The translations under genes and the position numbers were made by a program. Below the pieces are notes generated by a model that was not told the DNA's origin, searched no databases, and saw only the letters and a program-made list of their open reading frames with translations. A stretch of DNA of 64,000 nucleotides from Paraspadella gotoi (taxonomy: Eukaryota > Animalia > Chaetognatha), in the NCBI GenBank assembly GCA_051294375.1, contig CM119265.1:11285818-11349817 (forward strand), given 5' to 3'. Positions 13,837 to 26,788 of the stretch are shown in pieces; the stretch's first letter is position 1, and each line of letters starts with the position of its first letter.

Positions 13837-16800
13837 ATGAAATATGATATAAATATTACAAAAATGTCATCAAAAAACCTCAAAATATCTGAAAACAAAA
13901 TAGAATCCTTAATCAAAAAGCGAAAATATGAATGTGAAATTTGCTTCAAAAAGTTTTTCTTTAAATGTGAGTATAACAAGCATAGAAATATTGTTCATTC
14001 GGACAACCGTCCCTTTAAATGTGATGTTTGTAGTAAAGCCTTTAAATTAGTTGGCGACCTTAATAGACATATGCGAACTCATGAAACCCCGCGATGTTAT
14101 CAGTGCGTCTTGTGCGAGAGAAGTTTCTCATGCATACCCAATTTAACCCGTCATGAAAGATATGTTCATGATAATTTGCCGAAAAAGCGATACCCCTGTG
14201 AAATTTGTGGAAAGGTTTTTCATCGCAAAGACGCAGTTCGAAAACACCATAACAAATATCACAATTTTAATGAAGCAGAACATGAGAAAAATAACAAGAA
14301 AATCAAAAAAGTTATTAATGGTCCACTGACCTGCGAAGTTTGTGGAAAATCATTTTTAAGCAATACTCGACTTTCTAGTCACAGAAAAAAAAATCATTCT
14401 GACAATGATAAACAAACAAAACGAAATAAAACTCTTAAAAAGACTCCATTAATTATGGAAATATCAACTCTAAAAATTTCAGACCAGGCCATTAAATTTG
14501 AAACGGAATCCCCATACGCTTATGATTATCAGTATGAAAATGACCTACCTTCTTTCGAACCAACTGACCGAGTGGAACAAAAACCTGAAATCGTTAAGAT
14601 ATCACACTTTAAGCCATCGGACAGAAAAAGGTAATTAGACTATTCTTATGTGATTTTGCATAGAGTCGCTATTTGTATGCGTGCGCGTCCTGGTTTGGGT
14701 CCTACTATTCTTTGTCAGTAAAGTTACTGATTACGTTTTAAAACTAGAGAAACCCCTAATTTTAGTAATTCAAAATGTGTTTACTCCCGAATATTTAAAA
14801 TTATTTTCTTTTTCGTGTTTAGTCGATCAACTGGCGGTCAACAACGCATTTGCGAATTGTGCGGAAAGGGATTCGAATTGGTGGAACATCTTCGTAAGCA
14901 TATTTATAATCATAGTGTTGATGTAAATAACAAGCCATATAGGTGCCTTAAGTGCGAAGTCGCCTACGGCCACATAAACTATCTTCGTGCCCACGAAGTT
15001 CGATGGCATGGAGGGAGCCGGGAATTTTCGCTTCGGCCCAAAAAAACGAAAAAGACAAAAGAAGAAACCCTCGAGAGGATCAGATTATGGAAGCAAAAAA
15101 GAAAAGTACAGGGATTGTTGAATAAGCCGCAGAAACAGTCACGAACACGAAATGTACGAAAGAAGTCTGTGAAAACCATAGAAGATCCTTTGCTTGTTCC
15201 CCATGAAAATTCCGATTGTGGCTTTGTAGCGAATAATGCATTTCCAAATAATAGTTCGTCGAGCAACGCTGCGATCCAAACGTCGTTGAACGATGATGCA
15301 CGTGCATTCGTGGACGGTCCGACGACTTATCAAACTAATTGTGATATTTCTAATGGTATTGATAAGCCTTTAAGTTCATTTCTTCATTCGAGTAGTCACT
15401 ATCAATTTGAGAAAATTTGGTTTAATGGACTTAAAGAATTGTGCAAGCACCCTTACCATAATCCATTAGAAAAAGAACAAGGCCGACCGGTTGTGAACGA
15501 GACGGAAAGTGGTCTTAATGGCGACGCCGATCAATATTTAGCACCCAAAGCGAATTCGGAAACTGACGCTACAGACGAAGATAAAAACGGGCGGATTATT
15601 GTAACTCAAGAAAATATCATAGGGGATAAGCCTGATCCAACCGATCAACTTCCAGCGACCAAATATGAAACGGTAACAAAAAATTTGTGCCATCAATGCG
15701 GTCAAGGGTTTTCACGAGCTAGTGCTCTTCAGACCCACATGAGAGAACATACTGGTGAGAGACCATTCCAGTGTCACGAATGCGGAGTGGCGTTCATTAA
15801 CTTCGCTAAACTATGCACTCACAATCGGTACTGGCATCTGCCTCGCAAACCGCCAAAAAAAAAAGCAAACCTTGATCCGACTGCTTCCCACGAATTTGCG
15901 GTGAACGTCGCGTCGACCGATCCGATTCCTTCCAATAATTCTGCGGAATACTTAAATCAAGTTAATCTCGCCGATATATCCGTCGGTGAGAACTCCTCCA
16001 ATCTAGTCGGTCTCAAGAAGATTCATCATTTAAGCGCTCTCCTTAAGCGCCACGTCTGTGCGACCTGCGGCAAGGGATTTAAACTAAAGGGCGATCTCAA
16101 CCGGCACGCCGGCATTCACCTTAACTACCGCCCGTTCAAGTGCGGTCAGTGTCAGGCGGCTTTTAGTAGTTCTTGCAATCTTCTCCGACACAAACGAACC
16201 GTTCACGACGAGATTCCCCTCTACAAGTGCGATGCTTGCGGTAAACCTTTCTCGCGAACAAAACTCCTCAAGAAGCACCAGTTGATTCACTCGGGCGAAG
16301 TTGTCATCAAACCTGCCAAGCCCCGGAGGATCCGGAAGGCCCCCAAGCCCAACCCGCGAGACTGCGAGATCTGCGGAAGAACTTACTCCCGTTCCAACCT
16401 CCTCAAGAATCACATGAGGACCCACACGGGGGAAAAACCCTTTCGCTGCGACGAGTGCGACATCGACTTCTACGATTGCAATCAACTCAGACGCCATCAA
16501 CGTCGATGGCACGAGTGGAAGATCGAGAGGCTCAAGAACACGAAACCGCGGGAGATTTCCCGCCGAGAAAAAATGGGGAAAGTGAAGAGGAAAATTGGAC
16601 GACCAAGAAAACATTCGACCGAGAATCTAGAGTTGTACGAAGACGATAAACTCGTTTTGCGGCGGAAAAAAAGGGACGATGACTTAGCAGTAGACGCGGT
16701 TGATACAGACTGTGGGTCTAATAGTGTGGAAATAAACTATGGGACGGACGATGAAGGAAAAAACTATGGGACGGACGATGAAGGAAAAAACTATGGGGCG

Positions 16801-17016
16801 GACGATGAAGGAAAAAACTATGGGACGGACGGAAGAGGAAAAAACTATGACTTCAACGGCGACGAATTAAACTTTGGGACAGACGAAGAGGAATCATATC
16901 TTTTATCCTCAGACATAAAAACGAGTGGGTTCGTCGGCGAGGTCGAGGATGCGATGCGGTCCTTTGAATCGGAAATGATCGTGGAGATTAAGGAAGAAGT
17001 GGATTATGGATATTAG
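13837..17016 (+). CDS. C2H2 zinc-finger protein 'ZnF-A', intact two-exon gene (13837-14630, 14823-17016)
   Basis: Many CxxC...HxxxH fingers with HTGERPF/HTGEKPF linkers. A phase-2 intron (AG|gtaatt...tttag|T) joins the two ORFs. C-terminal KRKIGRPRK AT-hook-like motif. The start could instead be 13864. Confidence 0.9.
16735..16890 (+). repeat. In-frame 27-bp tandem repeat encoding (NYGTDDEGK)n, about 6 units, in the ZnF-A tail
   Basis: aactatgggacggacgatgaaggaaaa is repeated and degenerates toward 3'. Confidence 0.9.
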
Positions 17017-17266
17017 TAATTTCTAATATTAATATCAATCATGTTATTATTAGTCAGGATCTTGCTTTTTTTATTATTCAAGTTTAATGAGTTTTTCGTA
17101 TTTGGCGTGTTGACCAACTTGTCTTCCATGAACGTTTTACCATTTTTGAAGCAGTTGTGGTAATTTATTGAATATTATATTTTAATGTGCTGATTTTTTT
17201 AAAAAGGGAAACAAAAATTTCAAACTGCGTCATAATCTTTCGTTTGCTCTGAGAAGAACAAACGTC

Positions 17267-18563
17267 ATGTCTCGACTCTATCCCACTCTGGAAGACATGA
17301 ATGTAGATCAGATGGCGCGAGCTCAGTCGCCGCACGCGCCGTCCGTATCAGCGTCGTCGCCCGGCGCCCCGATAGCCATCGGGTGGAACATCGCCTCTAG
17401 CGACATCCGGGAGGATCACCACCTTCACTCCTCGCTCTATCCCACGCTGGGAAATTACATGGGGATGGATCTGACTGCATATCAGGTGGGTGAAGGTCAG
17501 TATTTCAAAGCGAAGGGGCCTCTAAAGACGCTCTTTCTGAAATGGCCTCGCAACTTTATAACAGGCACAACCTCCAGCGGCGGGCGACCCGTGGGGCGAA
17601 ATGCGTGAGGCGGGTCTCGTCACCTCGGCCGTGGGAACGGTGGGCATGAAAAAGGCAAAAGTAAAGCAGGGGTTGCGCGAGGTGACCCTCTGCAAGGACG
17701 AGAAGGGAATGATCGGCCTCAGGGTCGAGGACATCAACAACGGGATCTTCGTCTGCTTCGTCCAAGCTAAGTCGCCCGCCGCTATGGCCGGAATCAGGTG
17801 GGCGCTTAGTTTCGTTGATGATCGTTAATGACACAACTCAATTGTCTTTACTTATGACTTTTTAACATGGGCGAAAAATGTTATTAATTCCCAGTAAATA
17901 AGCTTAAACCTAATTTTCTACCAACAGGTTCGGCGACCAGATTTTGCAAATCGACGGGACCAACTTGGCCGGTTGGAGCCTTTCCAAGGTCCATGACCAC
18001 CTGCGCAAAAAGACGGACCCGAAAAACATCCGATTGGTCATTCGCGATCGGCCGTTCGATCGAACCATCACGATGCAGAAGGATTCGGCTGGAAAAATCG
18101 GCTTCATCATTAAGGTCACTTCACTTTTCCTTATTTCAATTTCACAACAGTCCACTACTCACCAACTTCGTTTCTATATTCATGGCTTTCGCATTTTTTC
18201 TTCGTATCCTCTTCTCTCCAGGACGGAGAGGTCAGCGACATCGTGAAGGACTCTTCTGCGGCGCGCAACGGAATGCTGACGGAGCACGCGGTGCTGGAAA
18301 TAGACGGTCGCAACTGCGTCGGTTTAAAGGACAAGGAAATGGCCAAGCTCATTGTCGATGCGCCCACCACGGTCACCATCACCATTATGCCAGGTGTGAG
18401 GAGAGATTTCTTCTTATTTTTGAAAGTGTGAGTTGTATGCACATCTATTCACTTTGTCATATTTCTATCTTCCTTTTTAGGGTTTATCTACAAACACATG
18501 ATGAAGCATATGAAAGGTCATCTTGTGCGCAACAAGATGGATCACTCCGATCCCGACGTTTAA
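17267..18563 (+). CDS. SDCBP: Syntenin (two-PDZ adaptor), exons 17267-17485, 17565-17797, 17928-18114, 18222-18393, 18481-18563
   Basis: N-terminal LYPTL motifs (LYPxL, ALIX-binding). PDZ1 REVTLCKDEKGMIGLRV...GIRFGDQILQIDG, PDZ2 RPFDRTITMQKDSAGKIGF...SSAARNGM, C-terminus MDHSDPDV*. Confidence 0.96.
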
Positions 18564-20005
18564 GTTTTCACCAACTTATTAGTTTTTATTATTGGTTTAC
18601 CGGTTATTGATTCTTCTGTCATGGCAAATAAATGACGACCTGTCGGACTCGATGTTTTTCCGACTATCGATTCGACCTCAAGAACGGGTTATTTTCGAAT
18701 GTTTCCTTCAAGTGTGGAACCTTGGAGCTCCTTTTGTCCCCATTCCCGAGCAGAGATATCTACCACAAGGTATTAATTAGTCTTTTGCAACTTTTGCGTT
18801 TTCTGAAATCTGCATTACGGTATATAGACTCATGTTTGTCCTTAAATTAATCCCTTTTCGCCAGTTTTTTTTTAATTCGTTGTTTGTTTGTTTTATCTAA
18901 TAATGAATATTGAATAATATTTATGTATTATAAAAGTATTTCTCGCTCGTAGTTTCTTCGGTACAGATGACATAAGATTGGGTGCATAGTAAGGCATAGT
19001 AAGGCGGGCCAAAATTGAACACTTTTTATATCTTCTAATTCTCTAAAAAAATATTTTTTCCTTTATATTACTAAATCGATTTTCAATGCAACTTTTTGAA
19101 TTAGTTCATTGTGTTGTTGTGATGAGCGTTTATGTGACGAGAGTTTATGTCCAACAGTTGCACTGAAGCTTTTAAATATTTATTAATATATAACAAATGA
19201 CAAATTTTTTAAAAAAAATATTATTTTTTAAGAATGGATTCTTATAGAGCTTGAAAATGAAAGTTAGTAATACAATTTTTATCGTCGCAAACGCAAACGC
19301 AAAACAATAAATTGGTTAAAAATAGGAAAAAACCATAAAAGATCATCATCATCATTATCATTGGCTGAATTTTATAGTTTCATTAATAAAACCAAAAAAA
19401 TTTAAAAACCTTTTTCTAACTTTTAAAGCTCTATCAGAATTTATCAATAAAATAAATTTCAAAATTATTTTCATTTTAATATTCTTTAACAGTCACTTAA
19501 CCATTATTTATTTGAGAGAACTTCTAGTTTTCAACCTGTTCCGGCCTAATGCTAGTAGGCACTGCATACACAGTCCGAGTCGTCTCTGCGTTGCACCTCG
19601 AAGAAGCGGATTGATATTTTCGTTGTAGTCAGTTAAATTATCTCGAGATCCGATTATCCTTAGGATACATCGGATCGTTACCTTGTTTTTAATCAGACCC
19701 TTTAGCTTTTATGCCTGTAAATAAAGCTACATTGACCGGGTTTGGTTTTTTTTTCTTGCATTCCTTCGAAACGAATTCCGTTATATATTCTAATTTGTTT
19801 CTATTTTTACTCCGCCTGTGCTTTCGTTATTTTTTTTTCCTGTGGTGCATTTCATCACTTCAAGTTCTGCCCCTGTGTAGAGATATAAACGTGATACTTT
19901 AGCCATGAACTAGTAAAGAATTATAAATTTATAATCGGTGCCATGGATGTTTTAGACGGTCGATAAAAGAATAATATCAAACGTTTAAAACTAAAAAAAC
20001 GCACG

Positions 20006-23000
20006 ATGCCCGGCGCCACCAACGCGGCGTCGAAGGCGTCGGATTCTTCTGGCGCTAAATCGGAGCGGCGCCCTCGAAAATCCACGTCCTCGGATCTGAG
20101 CATAACTCCCAATCACCCTGCTAAGATTGACATGTAATTAAATGAATTTAGCTTCACTTTTATATGCTAAGCCGCACCGAAATCACGAGTTATTGTTTTT
20201 TATCGTAGGTTTTTGACTCGTGCCTTAGAAAAGATCCTAATGGATCGGGAGATGAAACGCGCCTACCATCAGCAGCTAAAGCGCGCCTGCGAGGTCGCCC
20301 TCGAAGATCTGCGGCGGGAGGCCACCGAAGGGAAAAAGGCCAAAGACGACGACCCCGCCTCCGCCGCCCTGCCGCAGCCCAAAGGTAAGGGGGAAGGAAG
20401 ATGGGGTGAACTTTTTGGTGGTTGACTAAAAATATGAAAAAATGTTTATGAATTTTTATTTAATAACATTCCTCCACTTGTCAGACGACGCCAACCGTGT
20501 AGAGGCGGACAAGTATTTCCTCCCCTTCGAGCTTGCCTGTCAGTCCAAGTGCCCGCGCATTGTGAACACCGCGCTGGACTGCATCCAAAAGCTCATCGCC
20601 TACGGCCACCTGAGCGGCGATGCCCAAGACTCGACCGGGCCGCCGGGCAAAAGGCTCATCGATCGGATCGTCGAGACGGTGTGTGGCTGCTTTCACGGAT
20701 CTCAGACCGACGAAGGTACTTAGTCTTAAAACCTTTGCACGCCAACCGTTTTCTTCCTTTAACTGTTTTTATCGAATTATAGGCGTCCAGCTGCAGATAA
20801 TCAAAGCCCTTCTGACTGTGATTACGTCGAGCTCTTGTCAAGTGCATGAGGGAATGGTGTTGCAAACGGTGCGCACGTGTTACAACATTTACCTGGCTTC
20901 GAAAAATCTTATCAATCAAACAACGGCCAAAGCCACCCTCACCCAGATGCTTAACGTCATTTTCACCAGGTAAGGTCTCAAGCATTAATTCAACGATCAA
21001 AATCGGTGTTGATAAGTTGTTAATATTCTTTCCTCGCAGGATGGAAAATCAGGCCGTCGAGGCAGCGCAACTGGCGGCGCAACAGGCGCAGGAAGAAGAG
21101 CAAACGCGCCAACGAACTGAGAGCGTGACAAGCGGAATGGACAAGGACGCTCAGTCGCAACAATCTCCGTCGGAACTGTCCGCGGGGAATTCTTCAGCGC
21201 CGGGCGAGGAATCTTGCGACGACGCCGCCGCAGCCGTCGTGGAAGGATTACTTCGCCGCGTCGTCGCCTCACTGGACCGAGGCGGCGCTGGCGTTAATGG
21301 CACGAATCTTAGCGGCGTTCGACCGCCCTCCCTCTCTATAACCACCGCTGACGGCGTCGTCGCCGATGACGGAAGGGAATGGACGCCGTCTACTCCGAGC
21401 GCCGACGTCTTAAGGACAGAGTCGAGCGGCAGCAGGACGCCGACGGGGAGCATCGCCACGCACGATACCGGTAATTAAATAATAAATATGTGGGGTTCCA
21501 TTTTATTTCTATTAACGTGTGTTTCTTGTGGAGATTAGTATTTATTTTCGTGACCGTCAGCAGGCGTGACCTCGTCTACGGTGACCACCAATAGTTTGGC
21601 GGGCGGCGACGATTCGGCGGCCGAAGGCAGCGACTCTCAACTCGACGCCGCCACCGCCTCTAACCTCGCCTTCGCCCACGTCCTCCAGAAGGATGCCTTT
21701 CTCGTCTTCAGGTCCCTTTGCAAACTCTCTATGAAGCCCCTCAACGAAGTGTCTCCCGCCGACCCCAAATCGCACGAACTCAGATCCAAGATACTTTCCC
21801 TCCAACTTTTGCTAACCATCCTTCAAAACGCCGGACCCGTATTCAAAGTGAGTCTTTTTCCCTGTGATTCAATTCTTTTTTTAAAAATGCAATATTTTTT
21901 TTCTCTTAACTCTAGACGAACGACATGTTTATTAGCGCGATAAAGCAGTACCTCTGCGTCGCGCTCTCCAAAAACGGCGTCTCCACGGTTCCCGAGGTTT
22001 TCGAGTTGTCTCTCGCCCTTTTCCTCACCTTGCTGCAGAACTTCTGGAAACATCTCAAGATGCAGATCGAGGTATGATGTCGTTTCTTATAATTACGTAT
22101 TCATATTTATTCTTATTTCTTTTTCCTCTTCGCAGGTGTTTTTCAAGGAGATCTTTTTGAACATATTGGAGACGTCAACTTCGTCGTTCGACCACAAGTG
22201 GATGGTCATTCAAGCTCTCACTCGCATCTGTTCTGACGCTCAGGTGCGAGTTAAACTTATTTTGATAACTCTCCTTACAAGTACACCGATTATCGTTTCA
22301 TGATGAATATAATCACCATTTTCATTTCCAGTGCGTCGTTGATGTTTACGTAAACTACGACTGTGATCTAGCCGCCGCAAACATTTTCGAACGCTTGATT
22401 CATGACTTATCCAAAATCGCCCAGGTAAGGGTCATAAAGTTTTGTAAGAGTACTAATCGAAATCAGATTAAACAGACGTCTTGCCTCGTTTTTTCGCTAA
22501 AGGGTCGCCACGACATGGAACTCGGCACGACACCGAACCAAGAAAAGAGCATGCGTGTCAAAGGTTTGGAATGTCTCGTCGACATTCTCAAGTGCATGGT
22601 GGAGTGGACCAAGGATCTTTACATCAACTCCAACCAGCAGTCTAACTTAGGGCAGGAGAATCGATCCAAGACAGGTGAACTGACATGACATTAAAAACAG
22701 CTGCTTGCATGGAAAAAGAAAGTTTCGTTTTCACGTGTTGGCATTTTTCTCGCTCAGAAACAGAAGTGGACAACGATTCCGGGAAAGGAACGATGACTTC
22801 TTACGGATCCCTCAGTTCCTTGAGTTCGACTCACTCCGCCAACAGCGCCTCCGGAGGCGGGCCTCCAGGCGGAGCGAGCGGAACTCCAGCGCCGCCACCG
22901 GATTATCCGGAGAGCATCATCAACATCAAGCACATGAAGGAGGTCATGGAGCAAGGGATCAACATGTGAGTTGGCTCATTTAAAAGTACCGAAGAGAGGA

Positions 23001-23439
23001 GAATGTGAGGTAAAACTTATTAAACTCAAACTCATTTTCTAGGTTCAACAAAAAGCCCTCGAAGGGTCTCCAGTTTCTGCAGGACCAAGGGATCGTTGGT
23101 TCGACGCCGGAAGATATCGCCGAGTTCTTTCACCAAGAGGATCGTCGGCTCGACCCAACAACCGTCGGCGACTTTCTTGGCGAAAACGAGAAGTTGAACA
23201 AAGAAGTAAGAACTTCTTCTGAGAATGGTAGTCGCGTTGAGTGATGGAGATCACAACTTTTCGAGCAATGTTGCAGACGATGTACGCCTACGTTGACCAA
23301 ATCGATTTCGCCAACATGGATTTCGTCTCCGCGTTGCGTCGCTTCCTCGAGGGATTTAGAATTCCGGGCGAAGCGCAGAAGATCGATCGGATGATGGAGA
23401 AATTCGCCTCCAGATATTGCGAATGCAATCCAAATTTGG
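20006..23439 (+). CDS. ARFGEF1: BIG1/BIG2-type Arf-GEF, N-terminal block 1: DCB, HUS and first part of Sec7. Exons 20006-20133, 20209-20384, 20485-20715, 20783-20969, 21040-21470, 21561-21847, 21916-22071, 22136-22243, 22332-22424, 22503-22674, 22758-22965, 23043-23205, 23277-23439
   Basis: Motifs [59 protein letters not shown] and [21 protein letters not shown] (catalytic Sec7 Glu finger). All junctions are phase-consistent. Confidence 0.96.
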
Positions 23440-23865
23440 GTCAGTATTATTGAGATGATTCATTTCCACGTTATCTTAATCTTAACTTCCCTTTATCTAG
23501 GCGAAAATCTTGCTTAAAAAAAATTCAACATTTTTCTAATAGAGATTTCCGTTTGATTCTGACTGCCCAACTTTACAAACGAGCCTGCAAGAAATTCCGG
23601 TAGAAAACAGTTGTAAAAACACACAATTCCGACAGCTTTGCATCTAAAGAGCTCGTTCCTTTCTACTTGTGGCATTTGATAAAGATTTTACTATCAAACA
23701 AGCCAGGGGAAATGAACTACTCGTATCCGGAGGATTTTCATACCTCATTTTTACTATAGAAATGAAAGGGAAATTTAACTTTTTTAAAATTATTAACGGA
23801 ATTACGGTATGTTAGCATTATAAATGACTCTTCAAATTATGAGATTCCAAAAGCCTTGTGTCCCT

Positions 23866-25267
23866 AGAGAATCTTTGAAAAGTATACAATCAGAATTTTC
23901 AATGAATTGTTCTCATATTTTAAGCTCCATGTGTGAAAATTTCAGACCTGATGCAATTTCCAAGGAAGTTGAAGATTCTATTGAAAAAGAACAAATTATG
24001 ATTCACAAAACATCACTCGATGAATATGCTAGTTCTGCTGTATTAGATTCTAATGAGTCAGCAGTTAATGCATTGCTTCATGCAAATTACTCTCAACAAT
24101 ATGATCAGTATTTCTATGAAAATGAAAAAGATAACCGAAATGAAAAATATTTTTCTTCAAACCTAAATCATAATGCTATGATAGAAAGGGACAATAGCAC
24201 ACCTGATACAGCAAAATCAGATATTGGATATGTGAGTGATAACACTAATGATGAGTTTGAAAGTGATGATTTATCAAAATCTGCAAATATTATCAAGACT
24301 AACTTGTGTCAGTATTGTGGACAAAGTTTTAGGAAAGTTAATGAACTTCAAACTCATATAAAAGAGCATAAAAATGAACAACCGTTCCTCTGTCATAAAT
24401 GTGGTTTAGCATTTGAATCAAACCTACAACTTAAAAATCATTCCAACCGTCACCACAATCCTAAAATACTATCTAATAAACTTAAATCAAAGGATAAATT
24501 TAGTTTAACCGACAATATTGATCCAATTATGGCGTTTCATACCATTAGTGATAATGTTTCTTCTAATATGTTGCCATGTGATTTTCATAAGTGTACTTGT
24601 GGAAAAGAATTTCGACGGAAAAGTGATCTGAACCGACATACCGGAATTCATTTGGACAAGCTTCCTCATAAGTGTAATCAATGCAATGCTACTTTTGGGT
24701 GTGCTGGTAATCTTCTCAATCATAAACAAGCTGTTCACAATGAGATTCCACCTTATCAGTGCCACATCTGTGGAATGCCCTGTCAAGGACCTAAAATATT
24801 GAAGAATCATCTGCTTCAGCATAATAAGATAATAGTAACTAAACCTAAAAAGCCTCCAAAAAAACCACAACCTAAAGTTTGTAAAATATGTGGAAAAACC
24901 TTTTATAAGGCTTTATATGCTAAATATCACATGGCAACTCATACGAGAGAAAGAATATTTCGTTGTGAAGAGTGTGACATAGTCTTCTACAATCGTCTTT
25001 CATATCGTCGCCATGAACGACGGTGGCATGAATTAAATATCATAAGAAAAAGAAATACCAGGCCCAGAGCATTGGCAAGACGAGAACGATTGAACAAGGT
25101 CAAAAGAAAAACGGGGAGACCAAGAAAGTATCCAGCCCCTGCAGTCGTAGATGCTGAAAATCCTCCTTCTAAAAAAAGTACAAAATCAAATTTGAGCCAA
25201 TATCATATTAAAATTCAAAAAGAAACGACTATAAACAAGAAAAAGACATAATAAAAAAAGAAGCAAT
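23866..25267 (+). CDS. ZnF-C copy 1, piece D: most of exon 2, lying upstream of its own exon 1
   Basis: TNLCQYCG..., DLNRHTGIHL, RRHERRWHE and KVKRKTGRPRK align with exon 2 of ZnF-A/B. The first ~14 codons of ORF 23824 are repeat sequence. Confidence 0.85.
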
Positions 25268-25726
25268 TACAACTGACGTAATTTGGTCAACTGACGTAAT
25301 TTGGTCAACAGGCATAATTTGGTCATTTGAATAATAATAAACTGGCATAATTTGGCCAATCAATCAATCAGAGAGAGAGAGAGAGAAACTTTAAACTCTT
25401 TTCCACTCCTACGATTCCATCAAAAATTTATATCCAGCTTAATCACATACTTTCCTACCCACAAAATTTCATTTCAATTTATTTATACAATTTTTAATAA
25501 ATATAATTCTTATGAGTTAATATAAGTAAAAATACTTCAAGTAATTATGACTTATGTTTTTTTCATTTAAACTCATTTCCACTCTCATGATTCCATCGAA
25601 ACTTTATATCCAGCTCAATCACACACTTTCCTACCCACACAAATTCTCATTCTAATCCATCCATCCAATCACGAGTAATTGGAGTTTTTTGCTAAGGGGG
25701 GATGGACGGACATCTTTTTTGTTTTT

Positions 25727-26257
25727 TTAGTCGGATCTGCTGATAAGCAGATCCCGACTCTATAATTCACTTTGTCGGTCCGCCCTCTCAATATTGTCGG
25801 GCACTAACTTATATCATGTTAGAACATCGAATTATGATAAATTATGCAAAAAAAACGATGTCCGTCCGTCTGTCCGTCCCACCTTAGCAAAAAACTCAAA
25901 TAGCTCGTGATTGGATGAATAAATTGGAATAAAATTTTGTGTGTCGGATATGAAGTTTCGATGGAATTGTCCGAGTGGAAATGAGTTTAAATGGAAAAGA
26001 CAAAAAAACCTGTTTCACTAATTGATTATGCTTCTCTTTCCTTTTATATTAAATGTAAATGCAAAATGTATTAATTAATAAAATAATTAATCAGTTAATT
26101 AATCAATTAGTCAATTTATTAATCAATAATCAATTAATCAGTCAATCAATCAAAACAAATATTTTGGATTAAATTAATTGCCTAACTTGAATTAATTAAT
26201 TAATTAATTACCGATAATGATTGTGGGCAGATCCGACATTGTTTGCTCAAACTTGTT
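25727..26257 (+). mobile_element. Full-length Helentron-associated non-autonomous element (HINE/DINE-1-like, family 1), nested in a T-run of an inverted copy of itself
   Basis: 5' tttttag + palindrome gtcggatctgc-tgataa-gcagatcccgac, (GTCC)n microsatellite, 3' subTIR gcagatccgac + hairpin gtttgctcaaac + TT. No TSD. Other copies or fragments at 1-290, 7749-8271, 29732-34950, 43882-46320, 50888 and 62002-62400. Confidence 0.75.
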
Positions 26258-26788
26258 TTTTGCATAATTTATCATAATTTGATGTTCTGACATGATATAA
26301 GTGAATGCTCGAAGAGATTCGGGGGGTGGACCGACGGACCGACAGTGAATTATAGAGTCGGAATCTGCAATAAGCAGATCCAACTAAAAATTGTTTTGTC
26401 ATTTGTAATAACCATCCAATTGCAGCAAAAACTTTTTTAAAATAAGTTTGTAGTTAGGATAAAAGAAAAAAAAATTATGGAATTATTAATTTTAATTAAT
26501 TATAATATTTTTTCTTATAAAAATGTACCATATTTGTTTGTAAAATTGTATAATATATAAAAGTGTTAAGGGTTGATATTTTATCGAATTGTTTTTGCAA
26601 CATGAGGCTATTACAAATTTAGGTGATAATGTGTAATGTTTCTTGTAATTTTAATTTTGTTTTCCAGCATATTTTATTGGCGTTACTGAAATTCAACTAC
26701 TAATAACATTTCTAAAGGAATTGCTATGGTTGTTAAATATATTCAACTGAAAACTTTATACATTGTTTACTCAACGTAGCATAGAATA

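Noticed and set aside
16084-16614. Antisense ORFs over ZnF, syntenin and BIG1 exons (also 55866-56360, 58021-58719)
   Set aside because: Shadow frames of GC-rich coding sequence with no independent support.
18600-18770. Possible extra exon after syntenin
   Set aside because: Has a donor-like aag|gtatt but no recognisable protein in any frame; may be 3' UTR.
23499-23506. Recursive splice site at the BIG1 break (ag|gcgaaa)
   Set aside because: Not AG|GT, and a poor match even to a GC donor.
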